The notes: generated by a model not told the origin, from the letters alone. Counted from the stretch's first letter, positions 28,309 to 39,058 are shown. The stretch: DNA of 64,000 bases from an uncultured Clostridia bacterium (GCA_963558395.1 CAUWGE010000001.1:5148-69147); one strand, 5' to 3'. Program-made: numbers and translations.

Positions 28309-29937
28309 TTAAAGTATACTTTTTAGCCTATTTATAACTTCTTCTTTGCCTAAGACTTGCATTATTTCGTACATATCTGGAGTATTTCTTCTTCCTGTAA
28401 GAGCCACTCTTATTACTGTACTAATATCTCCTACATGTCCTGGCCAATTTTCTGGATTATTTTTGTATTCCTTAACTTCTCTTGCATATCCAAGTTTTTC
28501 TGCTACATCTTTAATCTTATTAAACCAGTCATCTTTACTATCTTCAAAATTATATACTTTTAAATATTCTTCTATAACTTTTTTAGCATCATCTCTTGAT
28601 ATCTTATCAAAGTCATATTCTTCTGGTCTTTCAAACATATAAATTATATTGTTTTTTACTTCTGACCATTTCGAAATATCTTTTCTTGGTTTTTTTGAAT
28701 TTTCTCTTTCAATTCCAAATATCTTTAATGCATATTCTTTATTTTCTAATAGTTTAGCAAGTTCTTCATCATAAGACTTAGACCATGCATTTGCAAATTC
28801 ATATACTTCTTTAGCTGTATATCTGGCAATAACATTTTTAGAAACATCTAAAAGCTTAACCATATCAAATACGGCTCCACTAACACCCATTTTCGATAAC
28901 TCTAGTTTGAAATCTGTTAAAGGCTTATCTTGGTTTCCTCTTCTCCATCCTTCAAAACTTGAATTTATAATATTCATAAGATATTCATTAACAGCATCAC
29001 TTGGAATTCCCTCTTTATGATAATAGTCAACTGCTGCTTCTGGGTCTTTTCTCTTACTTATTTTTCTTTTCTTACCATCTTCTTCTTTTAAAATACTTGG
29101 TACTTGTGCATATTTAGGAGGATTAAATCCAAATGCTCTAAATATCTCTATATGAAGTGGTGTTGAAGAAATCCATTCTTCACCACGAACCACTAATGTA
29201 GTTTTCATTAGATGGTCATCTACTACATGTGCAAAATGGTAAACTGGAAGTCCATCTGCTTTTATTAATACTGCATCTTGGTCATTTTCTGGGAATTCTA
29301 TATGACCTCTTACTACATCTTTTACTTTTATTTTTCTATCTTCTCTTCCCATAGAACGAAGACGTATTACAAAGTTTTCTCCATTTTTAATTTTTTCTAT
29401 TGCTTTATCAACTGGAAGAGTTCTATATTTTGCCCAGACACCATAAAAACCTGTTCTTAGTCCTGCTGCTTCTTGCTTTTTACGAATTTCATCTATTTCC
29501 TCTGCTGTTGCAAAACAAGGATAGGCTCTACCTTGCTCTATTAGGTATTTTGCATATGATTCGTAAATTTCTCTTCTATCACTCTGTTTGTATGGACCAT
29601 ATTCTCCTTTTCCTTCTGTTTCAGAAATCATACCTTCATCTGGTAAAAAGTCGAATTTTTTTAATGCATTAATAATCTCATTTACACCATTATCTATTTT
29701 TCTTTTTTGGTCTGTGTCTTCTATTCTAAGATAAAATACGCCACTACTTTGGTGTGCTAACATACTATTTATTATACACTGATATAATCCTCCTATATGT
29801 ACAAAACCTGTTGGACTTGGAGCAAATCTTGTAACTTCTGCTCCTTCTTTTAAGTTTCTTGCTGGATACATTTTTTCATAGTATTCAATTGGTTTTGCAT
29901 CTGGATATATTGCATTTGCTAAATCTTTATAATCCAT
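28309..29937 (-). CDS. gltX: glutamate--tRNA ligase
   Basis: HIGH-type motif PSPTGFVHIGG and KMSKS-type KISKR. AGGAGG SD before the ATG at 29935-29937. Confidence 0.92.
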   Translation of the reverse strand: MDYKDLANAIYPDAKPIEYYEKMYPARNLKEGAEVTRFAPSPTGFVHIGGLYQCIINSMLAHQSSGVFYLRIEDTDQKRKIDNGVNEIINALKKFDFLPDEGMISETEGKGEYGPYKQSDRREIYESYAKYLIEQGRAYPCFATAEEIDEIRKKQEAAGLRTGFYGVWAKYRTLPVDKAIEKIKNGENFVIRLRSMGREDRKIKVKDVVRGHIEFPENDQDAVLIKADGLPVYHFAHVVDDHLMKTTLVVRGEEWISSTPLHIEIFRAFGFNPPKYAQVPSILKEEDGKKRKISKRKDPEAAVDYYHKEGIPSDAVNEYLMNIINSSFEGWRRGNQDKPLTDFKLELSKMGVSGAVFDMVKLLDVSKNVIARYTAKEVYEFANAWSKSYDEELAKLLENKEYALKIFGIERENSKKPRKDISKWSEVKNNIIYMFERPEEYDFDKISRDDAKKVIEEYLKVYNFEDSKDDWFNKIKDVAEKLGYAREVKEYKNNPENWPGHVGDISTVIRVALTGRRNTPDMYEIMQVLGKEEVINRLKSIL

Positions 29938-29951
29938 ACTTTCCTCCTTCA

Positions 29952-31838
29952 TTATACTTCCATTAAAATTGGTAAAATCATAGGGTTTCTCTTTGTTCTA
30001 CTAAATACAAAGTCTCTAACTTCGTCTTTTAATGCTGATTTTATAGTTGACCAATCTTTTATATGTCTATTTTCAAGGTCTTCTACTTCTGCTTTAATAA
30101 AAGATTTTACTTCTTCCATTAAGTTCTCTGATTCTCTTACATAAACAAATCCTCTTGAAATAACATCTGGTCCAGATACTATCTCTCCTGTTTGATTGTC
30201 CATTGCCATTACAATTATAATTAGTCCATCTTGTGATAAATGTTGTCTATCTCTTAAAACGATATTTCCAACATCTCCTACACCAAGTCCGTCAACCATT
30301 ACTCTTCCTGCTGGAACAGTTCCTATAAATTTTCCTTCGTTTTCATTTAGTTCTAGTACTCTTCCATTTCCAGTTATAAATATATTTTCCCTTGGAAGCC
30401 CCATTTCTATTGCTGTATCTTTATGTGCCATAAGCTGTCTATATTCACCATGTACTGGAATAAAGTATTTTGGTCTTGTTAGTGCAATTATTAATTTTTG
30501 CTCTTCTTGGCAGGCATGTCCTGAAACATGTATATCTGCTAAAGTACTGTATACTACTTCTGCTCCTATTTTCATTAATTGGTCTATTACTTTTGATACC
30601 GATTTTTCGTTTCCTGGTATTGGATTTGCAGATATAATTACTAAATCATTTCCTGTAATAGTTACTTTTCTATGTTCTCCATTAGCCATTCTAGTTAATG
30701 CAGACATTGTTTCACCTTGGCTACCTGTTGTTATTATAACTAATTGCTCTTCTGTATAGTTCTTTATTAAGTCAATATCTATAAATAAATCATCTGGAGC
30801 ATCAATATATTTTAATTCTCTTGCTGCTTCTATCATATTTATCATACTTCTTCCAGAAATAGCAATTTTTCTTCCAAATTTAACTGCTGAGTTTACAATT
30901 TGTTGTACTCTATGCACGTTTGATGCAAAAGTTGCAACAACAATTCTCTTTTTACATCCTTCGAATAAGCTGTCAAATACTGGTCCAATAGATTTTTCTG
31001 ACATTGTAAATCCTTTTCTTTCTGAGTTTGTACTATCTGAAAGAAGAGCTAATACTCCTTTGTTTCCTAGTTCTGCAAGTCTACCTAAGTCCATATTTTG
31101 TCCATCTATCGGAGTATAATCTACTTTAAAGTCTCCTGTATGAACTACTGTACCTGCTGGAGTATGAATTGCTATCATAACTGCATCTGGTATACTATGT
31201 GAGCTTCTTATAAATTCAACTTGGATTTTTCCTAAGTTTACTATATCTCCTTGATTTACAACATTTAGTTCTACACTATTTTTTAAATGATGTTCTTCTA
31301 ACTTATGCTCTATTAGCTTTGCTGTTAATTTTGTTGCATAAATTGGCATATTTACTTGTTTTAACACATATGGTATAGCTCCAATATGGTCTTCGTGTCC
31401 ATGTGTTATTACTAAACCTTTTATTTTTTCTCTATTTCTTACTAAATATGTTACATCTGGTATAACTAAGTCTACACCAAGCATATCATCTTCTGGGAAT
31501 TCTAACCCACAATCTACTAAAACTATTTCATCTTCATATTCAAATACTGTTATATTTTTTCCGATTTCATCTAATCCACCTAGTGCTATAATTTTTAATC
31601 CACTCTTTTTAAATGAAAAGTCTAGCTTATTTTTACTATTTTTCTTTGGGTAGGTCTTTTTTTCCTTTGGTTTAACCTTTTCTCCTTCTAAACCTAAATC
31701 AATGAATCCTGTATCTATTTTTTTAGTATTTTCTTTTGTTTTTGTGCTATCTTTTTTATAATTTCTTTTATATCCACCTTTAGTTTTCTTTGTCCTTTCT
31801 TCTACATTTGTATGTAATTCTTTTGTATTATTTTCCAT
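29952..31838 (-). CDS. rnj: ribonuclease J with a basic ~75-aa N-terminal extension
   Basis: Metallo-beta-lactamase motif HGHEDHIG and a beta-CASP body. K-rich N-terminus. Confidence 0.92.
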   Translation of the reverse strand: MENNTKELHTNVEERTKKTKGGYKRNYKKDSTKTKENTKKIDTGFIDLGLEGEKVKPKEKKTYPKKNSKNKLDFSFKKSGLKIIALGGLDEIGKNITVFEYEDEIVLVDCGLEFPEDDMLGVDLVIPDVTYLVRNREKIKGLVITHGHEDHIGAIPYVLKQVNMPIYATKLTAKLIEHKLEEHHLKNSVELNVVNQGDIVNLGKIQVEFIRSSHSIPDAVMIAIHTPAGTVVHTGDFKVDYTPIDGQNMDLGRLAELGNKGVLALLSDSTNSERKGFTMSEKSIGPVFDSLFEGCKKRIVVATFASNVHRVQQIVNSAVKFGRKIAISGRSMINMIEAARELKYIDAPDDLFIDIDLIKNYTEEQLVIITTGSQGETMSALTRMANGEHRKVTITGNDLVIISANPIPGNEKSVSKVIDQLMKIGAEVVYSTLADIHVSGHACQEEQKLIIALTRPKYFIPVHGEYRQLMAHKDTAIEMGLPRENIFITGNGRVLELNENEGKFIGTVPAGRVMVDGLGVGDVGNIVLRDRQHLSQDGLIIIVMAMDNQTGEIVSGPDVISRGFVYVRESENLMEEVKSFIKAEVEDLENRHIKDWSTIKSALKDEVRDFVFSRTKRNPMILPILMEV

Positions 31839-32264
31839 ATATTCAATTCCTTTCTTTTTGCAAATCTCTCCTAACTTGCCATTTTATTTTGTTTAAATTA
31901 TACGTGCAAAAAAGATAGTTACTTTGATTAAAACTACCTACTTTACTTATTTATTTTTAGCTATATCTCTTACAACTAAAATTAGTTTTTTAACCGCTCT
32001 TTTTTCTAACATATATAAATTAAATCTCTTTACAACTGTTTATTATTATACTCTTAAAATATCTATTTGTCAAGGAACGAATAGTCTCCATATTTACTTT
32101 TCTTGCAAGGGTTCTAAAAAATTATATGGTACTTGTACTACTCATTCCATTGGAATTTCTAGCCAGAATTTTGTCAGCAAAAATGACTAAAAGTATAGTA
32201 ATTTAAAGTGTTGTATGTTATAATATAAGAGTAGGTTTAAATAAAGATTTTGGAGGTTTTATAT

Positions 32265-33098
32265 ATGTCTAATGAAGAATATTATATAATTGAAAATGAA
32301 ATAACTGATACTACCAAAAAAAAAGAATATTGGAATGCTGGTATTGGTTTAAATAAAGTTGATAGTTTAGAGCCTTCTAAATATTTATTAGACTTATCTG
32401 AAAAAAATATTAATGGAGAATTAAAATATTACGAAATAGAAAATTTATTAAAAACATATTATGAAACACAAAATTCTAACAATATTAGCATTCAAAAAGA
32501 AAAAGAATGTGATTTAGTATCTTTAAGAATAGCACAGCTTTTGGAAGACAAAAGTTTCGGTTTTAGTCCTATTACTTTACAGAATATTCATAAATACCTA
32601 TTTAAAGATATTTATGATTTTGCAGGTAACTATAGAAATTATAATATTACCAAAAAAGAGGACATCCTTAATGGAGATACTGTTATGTATGTAAATTATC
32701 AAGATATCGAAAATTATTTTGATTATGATTTTAAAGAAGAAAAAGAATTTGATTATTCAAAACTAAATAATGATGAATTAATAAAGCATATTGCAAAATT
32801 TACTTCAAGTATTTGGCAGGTACATCCTTTTGGAGAAGGCAATACTAGAACTACGGCAGTATTTATTGAAAAGTATCTAAACAATATGGGATTTAGTGTT
32901 AATAATGATATGTTTAAAGATAAAAGCTTATATTTTAGAAATGCATTAGTTAGAAGTAATTATGGAAATATTCCAAAGGGAATTTATCCTACATTTAATT
33001 ATTTAGTAATGTTTTTGGAAAATTTATTACAAGGAAAAAACAATGAATTAAAAAATAGTGATTTATATATTAAAGAATTGTTTAAAAATGATAATTAG
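32265..33098 (+). CDS. Fic/DOC-family protein
   Basis: Fic active-site loop HPFGEGNTRTTAVF. GGAGG SD before the ATG at 32265. Extended -10 (tgttataat) at about 32213-32221. Confidence 0.85.
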   Translation: MSNEEYYIIENEITDTTKKKEYWNAGIGLNKVDSLEPSKYLLDLSEKNINGELKYYEIENLLKTYYETQNSNNISIQKEKECDLVSLRIAQLLEDKSFGFSPITLQNIHKYLFKDIYDFAGNYRNYNITKKEDILNGDTVMYVNYQDIENYFDYDFKEEKEFDYSKLNNDELIKHIAKFTSSIWQVHPFGEGNTRTTAVFIEKYLNNMGFSVNNDMFKDKSLYFRNALVRSNYGNIPKGIYPTFNYLVMFLENLLQGKNNELKNSDLYIKELFKNDN

Positions 33099-33146
33099 CT
33101 TTATATTAGGAAAAATCAAATTTCCTATGCAAGTAATAATAAAGAG

Positions 33147-33170
33147 GAGGGGCTACCAGCGTAGCCCCTC
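33147..33170. terminator. GC-rich bidirectional terminator hairpin between Fic and the GC-rich ORF
   Basis: gaggggctac-cagc-gtagcccctc, a perfect 10-bp GC-rich stem between convergent genes. Confidence 0.7.
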
Positions 33171-33182
33171 TCCCTATTTGGT

Positions 33183-33572
33183 TTACCAGCAGAATTTCGC
33201 TACTTCTTTTACGAATTTCGGTAAACTGTTCCAATTAACTTTTACGTTTACTGGAAAGCTCTCTTCCTTTCCGTTTGGCATCCTTTCATTTGTTGTGAAA
33301 CGGATTATAATAGTATCTTTATCTCCATTGCACCAACCTGCTGCTCTCGTTTTTGCGCCTTTTCGGCACAGCTCTGTTTCCACAAAGCTATCTGCTTCAT
33401 ATATAGGGTCATCATACGCAACAAGTTTTATATTATCATCCAAAATCGAATTTGGATTTACCTTGTAATCCCCTATCTCCGGATTTTTTTCTGAAAATGT
33501 AGTTCCTTGTGAGTTTAATGCGGCCATTACTGTCCGCATCACGAGCATTTCCTTATAACGATTTTCTGTCAT
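33183..33572 (-). CDS. hypothetical protein (129 aa), compositionally foreign (visibly higher G+C)
   Basis: Intact ORF with a plausible SD (AAGGAGG) upstream. Uses CGG, CGA, GCG and GCC codons that are rare elsewhere in the window. No family recognised. Confidence 0.55.
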   Translation of the reverse strand: MTENRYKEMLVMRTVMAALNSQGTTFSEKNPEIGDYKVNPNSILDDNIKLVAYDDPIYEADSFVETELCRKGAKTRAAGWCNGDKDTIIIRFTTNERMPNGKEESFPVNVKVNWNSLPKFVKEVAKFCW

Positions 33573-33756
33573 AGTAAACCTCCTTGCCTCAATTAAATTT
33601 TGAGGTCTTTAAGTTTTTTATTTTAGTCATTTTATAAGTTTGCTTTTTAGATATATATCGTTTCAACCTATACTTGCTCCCTCTATGACTAAAATATTTA
33701 TAAGTTGGGTCTATTTTATATTACCATATTTTGTGTTTTTAGTCAAGTGTCAGGTT

Positions 33757-34413
33757 CTACTTCTTCATCTCCCTAATTGTATATTTATAATCTTTAGCAC
33801 TAAGTATTCCTGTTCCTGAAACTGCTATTGTTGCTCCTTTTTCTTTAATTTTCTCAATATTTTCCAAGTTAATTCCACCATCAACTTCTATTTCTGTACT
33901 TAAGTCAAGCTCTTCTATTTTTTTATTTGCTTTTTCTACCTTTTCCAATGCCTCTTCTATAAATGTTTGTCCTCCTTTTCCAGGTTCTACTGACATTATT
34001 AATAACATATTTATTTTAGGTAAAAACTCTTCTATTTCTTTAATTTCTGTTATAGGATTTATTGCTAAGCCTACTTTTATTTCTTTATCTTTTATGTATT
34101 TAATATATTCTTCTACTTTTTCTTTATTTTCACAAGCTTCATAGTGGAAGCTTATAATATTAGGGTTAAAAATCGAATAACTATCTACATATTCTTTTAT
34201 ATTTTTTACCATTAAGTGTACATCTAATGGAGTTAGTGTAATTTGAGATAAATATTCTGCATATTTTCTCATAATAATTGATGTATCATTTGTAACAAAT
34301 CTTCCATCCATTACATCTATATGAAAATAATCTGTCTTAGCTACTTCTAAATCATAAAATTTTTGTATTGATTCTTCTTCTTTAATGCTTAATACTGATG
34401 TTGATACTTCCAT
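33757..34413 (-). CDS. rpe: ribulose-phosphate 3-epimerase
   Basis: HIDVMDGRFV and HLMV motifs in a TIM-barrel-length protein. rsgA-rpe synteny. Confidence 0.92.
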   Translation of the reverse strand: MEVSTSVLSIKEEESIQKFYDLEVAKTDYFHIDVMDGRFVTNDTSIIMRKYAEYLSQITLTPLDVHLMVKNIKEYVDSYSIFNPNIISFHYEACENKEKVEEYIKYIKDKEIKVGLAINPITEIKEIEEFLPKINMLLIMSVEPGKGGQTFIEEALEKVEKANKKIEELDLSTEIEVDGGINLENIEKIKEKGATIAVSGTGILSAKDYKYTIREMKK

Positions 34414-34423
34414 TTTTCCTCCA

Positions 34424-35281
34424 CTAATATTTTTTATTATTTTTTATTTCTTCGTAAATTTTTTTGTAGTTTTCATATCTTGACATATTGATGTTTCCAT
34501 TTTTTACTTTTTGTTTAATCTCACATTCTGCCTCACTTTCATAAATATGACTACATCCTACATATTTGCATTTTTCTATGTATGGCAAAAATTCTTTAAA
34601 TTCTTTATCCAAATTCTTATATTCAAGCTCATTAATGTCAAATGTTGAAAATCCTGGCGTATCTGCTATAAATGTATCTTTTTCTAATTCATATAAAGTA
34701 ACTGCTGTTGTTGTATTTTTTCCTCTTTTGCTCTTATTACTAACTTCTCCTTCACTTGTAATATTTTTGCAAAATAGGGCATTTATAATACTAGACTTTC
34801 CTACACCAGAGTTCCCAGAAAATACGGTTATGTTATCTTTCAAGTATTTGCTTAAATTATTTATCCCTATACCATTTTTCGCCTGCATTTCTATTACAGG
34901 ATAGTCTATTTTCTTATACATTTCTGCTAAATCTTTTATATTTGCTAAGTCAGTTTTATTTATTGCTATAACAACCTTTACTCCCAAATTTTCTGCAAAG
35001 GCAATTTGTTTATCTAATAGTAATATATCTGGCTTTGGCTCTTTACTTGAAACAACTAAAACTATTTGCGTAATATTTGCTATCTTTGGTCTTTTTATAT
35101 AATTATGCCTTGGCAAAATTTCTGAAATTGCATTTTCAGAAATTTTTACCCTGTCTCCTACAACTGGCACAATCTCATTATTTCTTAGTTTTCCTCTTGC
35201 AATACAATTTATAACATTTTCTTTTTCATCTACTACTTTGTATTGGTTAGAAATAATTTGAACAATAATTCCTTCCATCAT
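34424..35281 (-). CDS. rsgA: ribosome small-subunit-dependent GTPase A
   Basis: Circularly permuted GTPase (NKTDL ... GNSGVGKSS) and a C-terminal zinc motif C..C.H....C. Confidence 0.92.
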   Translation of the reverse strand: MMEGIIVQIISNQYKVVDEKENVINCIARGKLRNNEIVPVVGDRVKISENAISEILPRHNYIKRPKIANITQIVLVVSSKEPKPDILLLDKQIAFAENLGVKVVIAINKTDLANIKDLAEMYKKIDYPVIEMQAKNGIGINNLSKYLKDNITVFSGNSGVGKSSIINALFCKNITSEGEVSNKSKRGKNTTTAVTLYELEKDTFIADTPGFSTFDINELEYKNLDKEFKEFLPYIEKCKYVGCSHIYESEAECEIKQKVKNGNINMSRYENYKKIYEEIKNNKKY

Positions 35282-35290
35282 ACTCCTTTA

Positions 35291-37285
35291 TTAATCACTT
35301 TTTGTATCATTATCAAAAATAACATTTCTTCCATTTTCTGATTCGTCAAAATTAATTTTTCTTGTTCTTGTGTATGAAGAACCTACCTTTACTGTAATTT
35401 CATGTATGCCTGTTCCTGTATATTCATATGCCGAAAAACTTGAATCTGTTACTTTTGCACTATTTTGAGTCTTTTCAACTCCATCTATTGATACTGTAAC
35501 ATTTACAGTACTTGGCACTTCTACTTCATTTGCTGAATTAGTTTTTCCATTATTGTTAGATTTATTTCCTGCAATTGATTTTACATCTACTACTATTTTT
35601 ACAGTTTTATTTTCTTTTACTATTTTATTTACAACAATATCAATTTTTGTATTTTTAGCAACTTCTTTATTTGCATCTACACTTTGAGAAATTACTTTTC
35701 CATTTTCAGCGTTTTCGTCACTTTTATATGTTACATTTGCTGATAAGTTTGCATTTTTTAGAGTTGCTATTGCTGTTCCTTCATCCATTCCTAAAACCGT
35801 TGGTACTTTTACCTTTTCAATTCCAGAACTTACATAAACTTTTACTTTATCCCCTGATTTTACTAGTGTTCCTACTGGCGTTTCTTGTTTTATTATATAT
35901 CCTGCTTCTACTGTATCACTATTTTGATTTACTTCCTCTAATGTTATTCCTATTTCTTTTGCAGTATTTCTTGCATCTTCGATTTTCATTCCTTCAAGTT
36001 TTACAAGTTCAGTTGTTTCAGGTCCTTTACTTATTCTTATCTTTATAGTTGTTCCTTCTTCAACTTTTCCATCCTCTGGCATAGGTTCTTGCGAAATAAT
36101 TTTTCCAGCTTCTACTTCACTACTTGCTATTTCTTCAATTTCTAATTTTAGTTTTTTACTCTCTATCTCTTTTTCTGCTTCTTCTCTAGTTATTCCAACT
36201 AAATTTGGTATTTCTACTTTCTTTTTTATTCCTCCATCTATTGCAATCTTAGTAATTAAAAATACCACTACAAATAAAAGAATTAATCCTAAAATTATTA
36301 CTGCAACTTTTGCTTTTGGATGTTCTGTAAAGAAACCTGTTTTTGTTTTAACTTCTGTCTTTTTATTTGGTATGCTCTCATCTTTTACTGCTTGCATTAC
36401 TCTAGTGTAGCCACCATCTTTGTTTTCTATTATAACAAAGTCTCCTTCTGGATCTTTTAATGCTTTTCTTAAATCTCCTAACATTTCAGTAGCAGAATTG
36501 TATCTATTTATAGGGTCTTTTTGCATAGCTTTTACTACAATTTTATTTACTGCTGATGGTATTTCGTTATTTATATCTATTGGTTCTCTTGCATCTTCTT
36601 GCATATGTTTTAAAGCAACAGATACTGGTGTATCTGCATCAAATGGTACTTTTCCTGTAAGCATTTCATACATAACTACACCTAAAGAATATAAATCTGA
36701 TTTAGCATCTGTAATTCCACCTTTTGCTTGTTCTGGTGAAAAATAATGAACTGAACCAATTGTTGTTCCAAATGCTGTAATTGTTGAATTTGAAACTGCC
36801 TTTGCTATTCCAAAGTCTGTTACTTTTGCTATTCCATCTTCTGTTATAATGATATTGTGTGGCTTTATATCTCTATGAATAATACCGTTTTTATGTGCAA
36901 GCTCTAATGCTGATGCAATTTGCATAGCTATATTTAATGACCATTTCCAAGATAGTACTCCTTCTGCATTTATTATCTCTTTTAAAGTTTTACCTTGTAC
37001 TAACTCCATTACTATATAATAAAGGTTATTTTCTTCTTCATGTCCAACATCATAAATTGACACAATATTCGGATGTGATAAACTTGCTGCTGCTTGTGCC
37101 TCTGTATTAAATCTTTTTATAAATTCATTATCTGTTGTAAATTCATCTTTTAAAACTTTTACTGCAACTAATCTGTTTAGGACATGGTCTTTTGCTTTAA
37201 ATACTGTTGCCATTCCTCCAAGTCCCACTTCTTCTAAAACTTCATACCTATTTCCTATTATCTTACCAATTAAATTCATAATCAC
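35291..37285 (-). CDS. prkC: Ser/Thr protein kinase with extracellular PASTA repeats (PrkC/PknB type)
   Basis: Kinase motifs GGMATVFKA, HRDIKPHN, DFG and SPEQ. A TM segment, then three PASTA-like repeats. Confidence 0.92.
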   Translation of the reverse strand: MIMNLIGKIIGNRYEVLEEVGLGGMATVFKAKDHVLNRLVAVKVLKDEFTTDNEFIKRFNTEAQAAASLSHPNIVSIYDVGHEEENNLYYIVMELVQGKTLKEIINAEGVLSWKWSLNIAMQIASALELAHKNGIIHRDIKPHNIIITEDGIAKVTDFGIAKAVSNSTITAFGTTIGSVHYFSPEQAKGGITDAKSDLYSLGVVMYEMLTGKVPFDADTPVSVALKHMQEDAREPIDINNEIPSAVNKIVVKAMQKDPINRYNSATEMLGDLRKALKDPEGDFVIIENKDGGYTRVMQAVKDESIPNKKTEVKTKTGFFTEHPKAKVAVIILGLILLFVVVFLITKIAIDGGIKKKVEIPNLVGITREEAEKEIESKKLKLEIEEIASSEVEAGKIISQEPMPEDGKVEEGTTIKIRISKGPETTELVKLEGMKIEDARNTAKEIGITLEEVNQNSDTVEAGYIIKQETPVGTLVKSGDKVKVYVSSGIEKVKVPTVLGMDEGTAIATLKNANLSANVTYKSDENAENGKVISQSVDANKEVAKNTKIDIVVNKIVKENKTVKIVVDVKSIAGNKSNNNGKTNSANEVEVPSTVNVTVSIDGVEKTQNSAKVTDSSFSAYEYTGTGIHEITVKVGSSYTRTRKINFDESENGRNVIFDNDTKSD

Positions 37286-37292
37286 ATTCTCC

Positions 37293-38018
37293 TTACTTTA
37301 TGATTACCGCTGTAATATTATCTAAGCCACCATTTTCATTTGCCTTTTTTATCAATTCTTCTGATGGATCTTTTAAATCACTTTTTAGTATAGTAAATAT
37401 TTCTTCTTCTTTTACCATATTTGTTAGTCCATCTGTGCACATAAGTAAAATATCATCTTTTACAAGTCCTTTTACCATCACATCAGGTTCTATTTCTTCT
37501 GTGCATCCAAGTGCTTTTATAAGCATATTCTTTTTTGGATGATTTATACTTTCTTCTTTTGTGATTTTCCCTTCATCTACAAGTTGCTGTACATAACTAT
37601 GGTCTTTTGTAAGCTTTCTCATAAATTCTTTTCTAATTCTATATACTCTACTATCTCCAATATGCCCTATAAATAATTTATTCATATAAATTAAACATAT
37701 ATCTAAAGTTGTTCCCATATTTTTTAGTTCTTCATTTTCTCTAGATTTTTCAAAAACAACCTTATTCGCATAATCCACACTATTTTTTATTAATTCTAGT
37801 AAAGTTTCTTTATTATCCATTTTCTTTTCGAAATTGCTTAAAATATAGTTTCTTGCTGCTGTTACTGCTAAGCTACTTGCAATTTCTCCACCGTTGTATC
37901 CTCCCATTCCATCTGCAACAATATACAATTGTATTTTATCATCGGGATTAGACGCAAAAAATGAATCTTCATTTATTTGCCTCATCTTTCCTATATTTGA
38001 AGCTGCAAAAGCCTTCAT
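37293..38018 (-). CDS. PP2C-family Ser/Thr phosphatase (Stp)
   Basis: ADGMGG and TDGLTN motifs. Partner position next to prkC. Confidence 0.9.
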   Translation of the reverse strand: MKAFAASNIGKMRQINEDSFFASNPDDKIQLYIVADGMGGYNGGEIASSLAVTAARNYILSNFEKKMDNKETLLELIKNSVDYANKVVFEKSRENEELKNMGTTLDICLIYMNKLFIGHIGDSRVYRIRKEFMRKLTKDHSYVQQLVDEGKITKEESINHPKKNMLIKALGCTEEIEPDVMVKGLVKDDILLMCTDGLTNMVKEEEIFTILKSDLKDPSEELIKKANENGGLDNITAVIIK

Positions 38019-39058
38019 TTATTTTCCTCCTTCGCTTTTTTCAAATTCTTTCTTCTAAGTTGTCCACAAGCAGCATCTATATCTGAGCCTAATTCTCTTC
38101 TTATAGTTGCTGTTATTCCCTTACTATTTAAATAATCTCTAAATTTTATTACATTTTCATTTGAAGTTTTTATGTACTTTCCATTTTCTATTTTATTTAT
38201 TGGAATTAAGTTTACATGGCATAACATTCCATGTAGTAAATTTATTAATTCATCTGCTGCCTTTTTATTGTCATTATTGTCTTTTGCAAGTGCATATTCA
38301 AATGAAATTCTTTTATTTGTTTTTTCTATGTAATATTTGCAGGCTTTTATTAACTCTTCTATATTATATGCATTATTTACAGGCATCATACTACTTCTTG
38401 TTTCATCATTTGCACTATGAAGTGAAATAGATAATGTACATTGCACATTTTCATCTGCAAATTCATATATTTTAGGTACTAAGCCACTTGTAGAAATACT
38501 AATATGCCTTGCTCCTATATTTAATCCCTTTTGGTTGTTTAAAATTTTTATAGCATTCATAACATTACTGTAATTATCAAATGGTTCTCCTATTCCCATA
38601 AATACAATATTTGAAATGCTTTCTTTTATATCCTGCTCTACTGCTATGATTTGCTCTACAATTTCTCCAGATGTTAAATTTCTTATAAATGGAATTCCCG
38701 TTGATGCGCAAAATTTACATCCCATTTTACATCCAATTTGTGAAGATACACAAACCGTTTTTCCATGATGGTATTGCATCAGTACTGTTTCAATAGCATT
38801 TCCGTCATTAAGACCAAATAAATACTTTTTTGTACCATCTATTGATTCTAGTTTTCTTTCTATACTAAAATTACAAATATCATAATTTTCATTTAGCTTT
38901 TCTCTTAAACTTTCAGATAGATTTGTCATCTCACTAAAGCTTTTTACCTTTTCTACAAATATCCATCTAAAAATTTGCTCTGCCCTAAATGGTTTTTCTC
39001 CTAATTTTATTATCTCTTGTTTCAATTCTTCTAAATTATAATCTTTAATATTTTTCAT
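38015..39058 (-). CDS. rlmN: 23S rRNA/tRNA (adenine-C2)-methyltransferase RlmN (radical SAM)
   Basis: CKMGCKFCAS radical-SAM cluster motif and a C-terminal GSDIDAACGQL. Confidence 0.93.
   Translation of the reverse strand: MKNIKDYNLEELKQEIIKLGEKPFRAEQIFRWIFVEKVKSFSEMTNLSESLREKLNENYDICNFSIERKLESIDGTKKYLFGLNDGNAIETVLMQYHHGKTVCVSSQIGCKMGCKFCASTGIPFIRNLTSGEIVEQIIAVEQDIKESISNIVFMGIGEPFDNYSNVMNAIKILNNQKGLNIGARHISISTSGLVPKIYEFADENVQCTLSISLHSANDETRSSMMPVNNAYNIEELIKACKYYIEKTNKRISFEYALAKDNNDNKKAADELINLLHGMLCHVNLIPINKIENGKYIKTSNENVIKFRDYLNSKGITATIRRELGSDIDAACGQLRRKNLKKAKEENK

Noticed and set aside
33058-33468. 136-aa plus-strand ORF overlapping the Fic 3' end and the GC-rich ORF
   Set aside because: It crosses the strong terminator hairpin and is antisense to the better-supported 129-aa ORF, which has its own SD.
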